Source: Octopus vulgaris (lineage: Eukaryota). Taken from it: a stretch of 64,000 bases of DNA. The notes beneath the pieces were generated by a model. It saw nothing but the letters and a program-made list of their open reading frames with translations. It searched no databases and had not been told where the DNA came from. Every line of letters starts with the position of its first letter. Position 1 is the stretch's first letter. The stretch lies in assembly GCA_951406725.2 (NCBI GenBank), contig OX597835.1, positions 18,538,001-18,602,000 on the forward strand. The letters run 5' to 3'. The position numbers and the translations under genes are program-made. Positions 57,160 through 64,000 of this stretch are shown piece by piece.

Positions 57160-58507
57160 CATCTATCTGTCTATCTATCTATATGTATATATAGATATAA
57201 CTATGTAAGCCTGCGTGCTTACTAGACAGTCTCCAAATAATATGTATCTGTATATTTACGTCGTTGAGTTTAAGTATCTATGCGTATATTTATCTGTATA
57301 TGAGTGAATATGTGTGTAGTGTACGAATGGTTGTCTGTGTCCGGTTGTAAGTAATAAAAAAAAGGTTATGGTTGTTTCAACTAAGTTTAGTAAACATTGT
57401 ATGGTTTTAAAGTATTTTTTGCTCCAACTCTCCGTCTGCACATGATTATAAAATCTTGAGAGAATTCTAATATAAATATTTTATGACTGCCCCCTCTTAT
57501 AGATTTGTTAAGTGTTTGTGCTTTCTCTTTTGTGACTGTCTGTTCTCTAAAGTATATCTCGATTCTCCACCTGTTTAGTTCGTTGAATCATTGTTTCATA
57601 CCACAGAAAATAGTCAGTGTCACGAAACAAACGCTCAATGAACATACAGCTACAGTAGAAGGAGACTAAACATTTTGGTGTCTGAAGCTGACGTGCTTGT
57701 ACAGACGATTTTAATGTTGTGGTTGGTGTTGTCGTTAATATTCTTTTTTTCTTTGGTTTTGATGTTATTGCCGTTCCAATTCGGGCCACCATTTGTAAAG
57801 AAGACCTACATTCCAAGACTGTAACTACTCATTGATTTCAAATTTGCCTAGGTTTATATTATATAATGTGCCGTTTATTGTTTTCTATTTATTTCTTACC
57901 TATGCTTTTGTCGGGGAAGTTTCTAGGAAGGCGTATGATAATCTACTCAATCTTGCAGTTTATGATGATCGCGCTGTCGGTTACAGTGGTAGAAGAACAT
58001 GAAAGAAAAGATAAAAGGGTTGTCTGTATTAATCACTTGTTGCCTATCACAAGCCCTAGCGGAGCACTATTCGACAGTTTGTACCCTTCTGCTTTAAATG
58101 TGTATACGAATGACCTTGCTGGCAAGAGAAAAATTTTATGAACAGACATACCACCATAGGGAAACCAGAAAAAAATTTGTTTTGACAAGCAATGTGAGGT
58201 CGACATCGAAAGGTCACTTCATGAATCCTCGACGGCTAAGACCTATGGTTCACATTTATACCGACCACCGTGACAATTCTTTCTGATTAAGAATACCTTG
58301 GAGTACACTGTATAATGAATCTCTGTTTTTGAGCGGGTAGAGTGTGAGTTGGTTAGGAAGTGCACATGATACAGTGCAGTTATCTAGCGGTTTATGCATA
58401 ACTGAAGGAGATACAATTTTGATGCAAGGTTCCATTTGAGTGAAAGCGCATCGGCAAAACATTTTATTCAGGGAAACTAAGATTTTGATATTTCGTTTTG
58501 GTTGCAG

Positions 58508-58720
58508 AGCGGCGAGTTGGCACAAACGCTAGCACGTCGGGCAAAATGCTTAGCGTTATATCGTCCGCTTTTACGATCTGAGTTGAAATTCCACCGAGGT
58601 GAACTTTGCCTTGCATCATTTCGAGATCGATAAAACAAGTATCAGTCAAGCACTGGGTTCGATCGAATTGAATTACTCCCTTCCCGGGAATTAGTGGCTC
58701 TGTGTCGAAATATGAAAACA
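58508..58720 (+). mobile_element. SINE family B, diverged
   Basis: GCGGCGAGTTGGCAC...GAGTTGAAATTCC. Confidence 0.75.
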
Positions 58721-58817
58721 TTTTTTTCTTTGGTTTTAGTGTTGGACGTATCCAATTCCAACGCTGTTTTGTATGACAGTTTCGTGATATAATTTTTCTA
58801 GGGACATGTTTTCGTCA

Positions 58818-59216
58818 TCTTTATATATAAAAGTCAAGTTGTGTGTCTGTCTCCTACGATTTAGATTCCTAACTACTCCCACATTTTGCGGTGCAGTTTA
58901 ACCAAAACCGGGTATCTTATAGTCGTGATTCATATCGAGCCCTTCTGGGTATTAGTGCGCGTCTACGATGAGTCAACGATTTAAAAAAAAAGATACCATC
59001 ATTTTTTCCATTTGAATGCATTTTTTTCGCTATTACATAAGGGAAGTAACTCTCTAAAAATGTCTACGATGAGTCAACGATTTAAAAAAAAAATTTACCA
59101 TAATTTCTTTTCCATTTTTAATGCATTTTTTTGCTATTTTTCGGCTATAACTCTCTAAAAATGCTTATATAGTTATTTCCCTTAAAAATCCGAGTAACGC
59201 CGGGCGATACCGCTAG
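58818..59216 (+). mobile_element. Non-autonomous Helitron
   Basis: A|TC start, CCGAGTAACGCCGG hairpin then CTAG|T end; internal duplication of GTCTACGATGAGTCAACGATTTAAAA at 58961 and 59062. Confidence 0.88.
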
Positions 59217-59534
59217 TTATATATAAAGCAAGGTAATGTGTCTTTCTAACTTCAACAATTGACTGTGGCTCTTTGCTAAATCTTTTCCAGAGCACCATTT
59301 CAAAACATCTTTACAATGCAGTTTGTGCTCCACAATAAAGCGAAGCAATAAATAGAGATGCAAAGAAGCCATCTTATAACTCACAAATGATATGCAAGTA
59401 ATATATTCCATGCCTCTCAAAATTGTAGACTTCGCTTCATTTAATTGAAGGTGAATCAACCCATGTGATATACGTAAATGTAAATCACGATGTCTTGGAC
59501 TATATTTTAAAGTCAGGAAATTTTTCATTTACAA

Positions 59535-59686
59535 GGTGCAGGCATGGCCGTATGGAAAGAACTTGCTTCTGAACTACATAGCTACATGCCACTGTGTGGC
59601 AGCTTGGTTAAGTGTTTTATACAATAGTCTCTTGCCGACCAAGACTTTGTCAGTAGATTTGGCAGACGGAAGCTGAAAGAAGTTCG

Positions 59687-59758
<72 letters not shown>

Positions 59759-59980
59759 TAAATATTTGTTGTGCAAGATTGTTTATGTGAAGTCGTGTGT
59801 TGAAACAGATATTGTTATATTTCGGAATGGTCATTTTGCCAGTTTAGCAAAAGAGTTTCAATCAATAAGTACCAAGCTTTTAGAAAACTAGTACTAGGGC
59901 TCGACACATTCTCCTAAAAAAATCTTCAAGATGGTAACCCTAGCATGACCACGGGCTGATATCTGAGACAAGTAAGAGGT
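59535..59980 (+). mobile_element. Decayed SINE family A interrupted by (TA)n and another repeat fragment
   Basis: Head-like 59535-59690 and tail-like 59860-59980; 59812-59834 matches 23278-23302 in reverse. Confidence 0.55.
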
Positions 59981-61227
59981 AATAGGTAATATCACTTTGC
60001 GGCAGTGTATGAATATTAGGTTGACTCCACATCACAGCAAGATGCATATATCCAGGTCTATTCTGTGTTAAACACAAAACACACACATAGTCATCTATAC
60101 ATACACACAAACATACGCGCGCGCGAACACACCCGGGATTTTTAGTCCCCAACGAATCGGTTATTGGACTCAATCCATTCTTTATGTAAAGTGTATACCA
60201 ATTATGTTTTTTCTTCTCTTTGTTATTCTTGTAAATGTTTAAGTCTGAGTTAATCCTGATCAAACAGACATAACCCAAGGCATTCCAACCATGATTACCA
60301 CGCTTTTTTCTAACATACCTATCATTCAGATTTATGCAACTGATTCTCTCTTTCTGTAAAAAACAGAAAAGAGCGAAATTTTTGAGGAGGAGACCAGTCC
60401 ATTACATCGACCCCAGTATGCAACTGGTACTTAAATTATCTGGTACAAAATACGATTTGAAAATGATTTAGATGTTATTCCTAATATATATTTCGAGATA
60501 ATGCAGATGCTCCCATGTTACTTCCTATTGTTTGTGTTAGGGGTATCGTTCGAATTAGTAATGCGATGGGCGTTGGTAGTCATGGGCTGTGATAACTTTT
60601 AACTCGAGCACACTTATGATTCAGCAGACCCGTGATAACAATAAAATTCATCCGTGACTATTTCATTATTTTCTAAAGACATTATTTATCTTGATCTATT
60701 ATATTTAATGTATCGTTACGGTGGCTGCTGTCAGAACCAATATTTTCTTTATATCAACACCAAATCTGATAAATAAGGATAAAAGATATTTTTATCTAAT
60801 CATACGTCTCCTTCTTTGACTGTTGAGAGATATGTGCTGCCAATCTATGACAGTGTAATGGCTGCATAGTTACATAATTGATGACATTCAAATTACAATC
60901 TGGCATATTTATCTAAGATAAACGAGGTATCGTGAGCGCTTAAACGCGATCGTTGGACAGATTAGACAGAACAACTAAATCTGCCTTTAATCCCTATCAA
61001 CACTCTTAGAAATCCCTTCTCCAAAAAGTGGTTATTTCCACTGATTACCACAATTTCGCCCTCCAAAAAATGGTAACACCTGGCACACACACATACACAC
61101 AAAACGACGCACAAAGACACACACAAATATGCACGCGCAAACAAACACACGCACGGACACATACACGCACACACACACAAACTCACGATCTCCTCCATTT
61201 CACTTTTCTTCTTGTGCTGCAATAGCC

Positions 61228-61616
61228 GCTGGCAGAAACGTTAGCACGACGGGCGAAATGCTTGGCGGCATTTCGTCTGCGGTTACGTTCTGAGTTCAAA
61301 TTCCGCCGAGGTCAACTTTGCCTTTCATCCTTTCGGGATCGATTAAATATGCACCAGTTACGCACTGGGGTCGCTATAATCGACTTAATCCGTTTGTCTG
61401 TCCTTGTTTGTCCTCTCTGTGTTTAGCCTCTTGTAGGTAGTAAAGAAATAGGTATTTCGTCTGTCTTTACGTTCTGAGTTCAAATTCCGCTAAGGTTGAC
61501 TTTGTTTCCATCCTTTCGGGGTCGATAATTTAAGTACCAGTTGCGTACTGAGGTCGATCTAATCGACAGGTCTCTCCTAAAAACTTCCGTGCATTGTGCC
61601 TAGTGTAGAAAAGAAT
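61228..61616 (+). mobile_element. SINE family B dimer (tail 1 unit followed by tail 2 unit)
   Basis: Junction AAAGAAATAGG|TATTTCGTCT at ~61450; ends TGTGCCTAGTGTAGAAAAGAAT. Confidence 0.88.
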
Positions 61617-61939
61617 AGCCGCTGATACTGGAATTTGTCTACTTTCGTGCCTCGTTGCTGAGGAACACTTCACTTCGCGTCACTCATGTTGTGTCGAGCC
61701 CCAGCGCATCTGCAATAACTAAACCACGTCCTTCTTCCCAACAGATTCTTCTGAAACTCGCTCTGTGCATCAAATAGGGGATTCCTAGTTGATGCGTTGG
61801 AACAGTATCAATTCTACCGGGTTTGGGGAACCTACATATGTTATGTCCACTGACCCTTCATCCGAACAAATCCCAATGAAATATAAAATGTGGGGTGGGT
61901 TGAGAAAATATAGCTATATATATACAAAACTCATTGATT

Positions 61940-62145
61940 CACTCTTTTATTCTTTTATTTGTTTCAGACATTTGATTGCGGCCATGCTGGAGCATCGCCT
62001 TTAGTGGAACAAATCAATCAGGACTTATACTTTGTAAGCCTAGTACTTATTCTATCGGTCTATTGTGCCGAATCGCTAAGTTACGGGTTCATAAACACGT
62101 CAACATCTATTGTCAAGCAACGGTGGGCGGACAAACACAAACACA
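61940..62145 (-). mobile_element. SINE family A, 3' portion
   Basis: Diverged consensus match. Confidence 0.75.
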
Positions 62146-62629
62146 TATGGTTTGAATGTACACTGTATTCTTCTCTGAATAATGCATAGACTATTGACTA
62201 AATTTTTCCTTCTCGCTAGACCACTGGTAACAAAGAAATTTTCTATAAATATTTTTGATACATTAAATTTTTTTAATTGATGATAAAATAATTTTGGTAA
62301 AAGAGAAAAAAGTTAAACAGTGCAAAATTCATAGAATTTTTTCCTAATAAATTGTCTGTTATTCATATTTGAGGAGAAAATAATTTGGGCGTTATACCTG
62401 CTGAACCATGAAGGGATGTGACGATTGGCATCATCAAAGCTTGCTGTAAAATATCATGGGAGTCAGAATGTAGGATGGTATTAGTGGCAGCTCGAAACCG
62501 TTTCATAGAAAGACATATCAGATTTTGGACCAATCACACCGATGAAAGTTTCTGACATGCGCTTTAAAACTCCTCCCCAGCTGACTAGTGTTTTTATCGT
62601 ACGACGAGACAGCTCAGATTAGTTAAGGT

Positions 62630-62932
62630 CAGTTGTTTCCCAAACATTTTTGGGCTGCCGTTCCCTTCATATGCCCAGGCCACATTCCTCGCGCCCACAT
62701 CCCAACAAACCATCAAAGACGTTGACCACTTTCTGAAGCATATTTAAAGCAACTGTATTTCACAAATAAAACCTAACCTATTGAACCCATTTTCACATGA
62801 ATCACTACTCCATTATCACCCCCACATTTTTACACGAATCGCTACCCCATTATCGTCTCACTTTTCTTCAACGGCCCCTTGGAATTCTCCCCCACCTCCG
62901 CAAAGGGGGCAGTACCACCTACTTTGGGTCCA
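62630..62932. mobile_element. Possible decayed hAT-type MITE
   Basis: Left CAGTTGTTTCCCAAAC and right ACTTTGGG resemble hAT TIRs; internal ~37-bp duplication. Confidence 0.35.
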
Positions 62933-63866
62933 ACAACAATGAAATCAAAACTTTGTTATTCCGCTAAAAGTTATATCATTCTGTGTTAAACGCGTGCTGG
63001 GATAAGACAGAATCAATTTTAGACGCGAATATATTTGTATAAATACATTTTCAGAGGCAATCTTGGAACGAAACCGCAACACGTATTTATCCATACACGC
63101 AGAGAACTTAATTTATATTTTGTACTTTTCTTTTTATTAAAATCTTGTATACTATAAATGGTTTTCTCTGATGCTAATTTTCCTTTGCTTCACTGGCAAC
63201 CGCATCTGTATATTTGTAATAGACTACTTTACAAACTATAGCTGGGAAATATATCTTTTCAGGGGATACAAATAAATATTTTGTTTACTTAGCCGTTTAT
63301 ATAAATAATTTTTATATCTTCTATAAACCTTCTCTGTTCTTCGGTGATTTCACTTGGCAATCTAATGGCAAATACATTCTGTAAAATTCCGGAATGTTAT
63401 TATATGAATAACATATCCAACTGCTCCGATTTTTAACACCAAATTACATCTACATTTATATCTTCCACCAATTCACTATTCATTCTTTTGCAGTTACTGC
63501 TTACATTACTTGTCTTCCATGTGGCTGCACGATGATGCCCCTTGCATGAGGTCTTTTAAAGAAACATCAGCTTTCAAGGAATATTTGCTTGGAAGACTAG
63601 AGCATTTCTCCTCTCAATAATTTTACAGCAACCTACTGAGAGATATAAGATTCTCAATGAGATGCTCTGTCAGTTTGAAACTACTTGCTTCTGTTAACAA
63701 CGGGTTTACTTCTATGGTAACAATATTCAAATGATGCTGAAATATATACATTTCATAAAATGATATAGGCGATACAATGATATCAATCTATACAACTAGA
63801 TAAGACGCGTGTAGTACGCTTATAATTCATAGAAACCCAATACACAGAGATAGAATCACACACACA

Positions 63867-63930
<64 letters not shown>

Positions 63931-64000
63931 CACACAGAGATAGTTAAAAATACACACAAACACACAGACACACACACACACATATATATGTCTGTGTGTA

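Overview
This window is very AT-rich, saturated with microsatellites and clearly eukaryotic, either intergenic or intronic. The SINE families and the (TA)n/(CA)n/(AAT)n/(CTAT)n landscape look like an octopus (coleoid cephalopod) genome; that assignment is pattern recognition, not a database result. I cannot support any host protein-coding exon, and almost all supplied ORFs are microsatellite or SINE read-through. The content is: two abundant tRNA-derived SINE families (A, CORE-like, about 12 copies; B, Deu/Nin-like, more than 11 loci, often tandem), a third tRNA-Arg-like SINE with swapped tails, a ~540-bp retroposon that sits only in (AAT)n tracts, mariner/Tc1 relics, two non-autonomous Helitrons, a CR1/L2 3' end and many decayed Penelope-like (PLE) pieces. 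The most interesting signal is a set of at least six minimal type-I hammerhead-ribozyme motifs from about four unrelated sequence families. One family has a tRNA/Pol III head, an (AAT)n spacer and a hammerhead tail. It is inserted as a head-to-head inverted pair flanked by a 14-bp target-site duplication (5098-5733). This suggests a Penelope-mobilised, ribozyme-bearing SINE/retrozyme hybrid.
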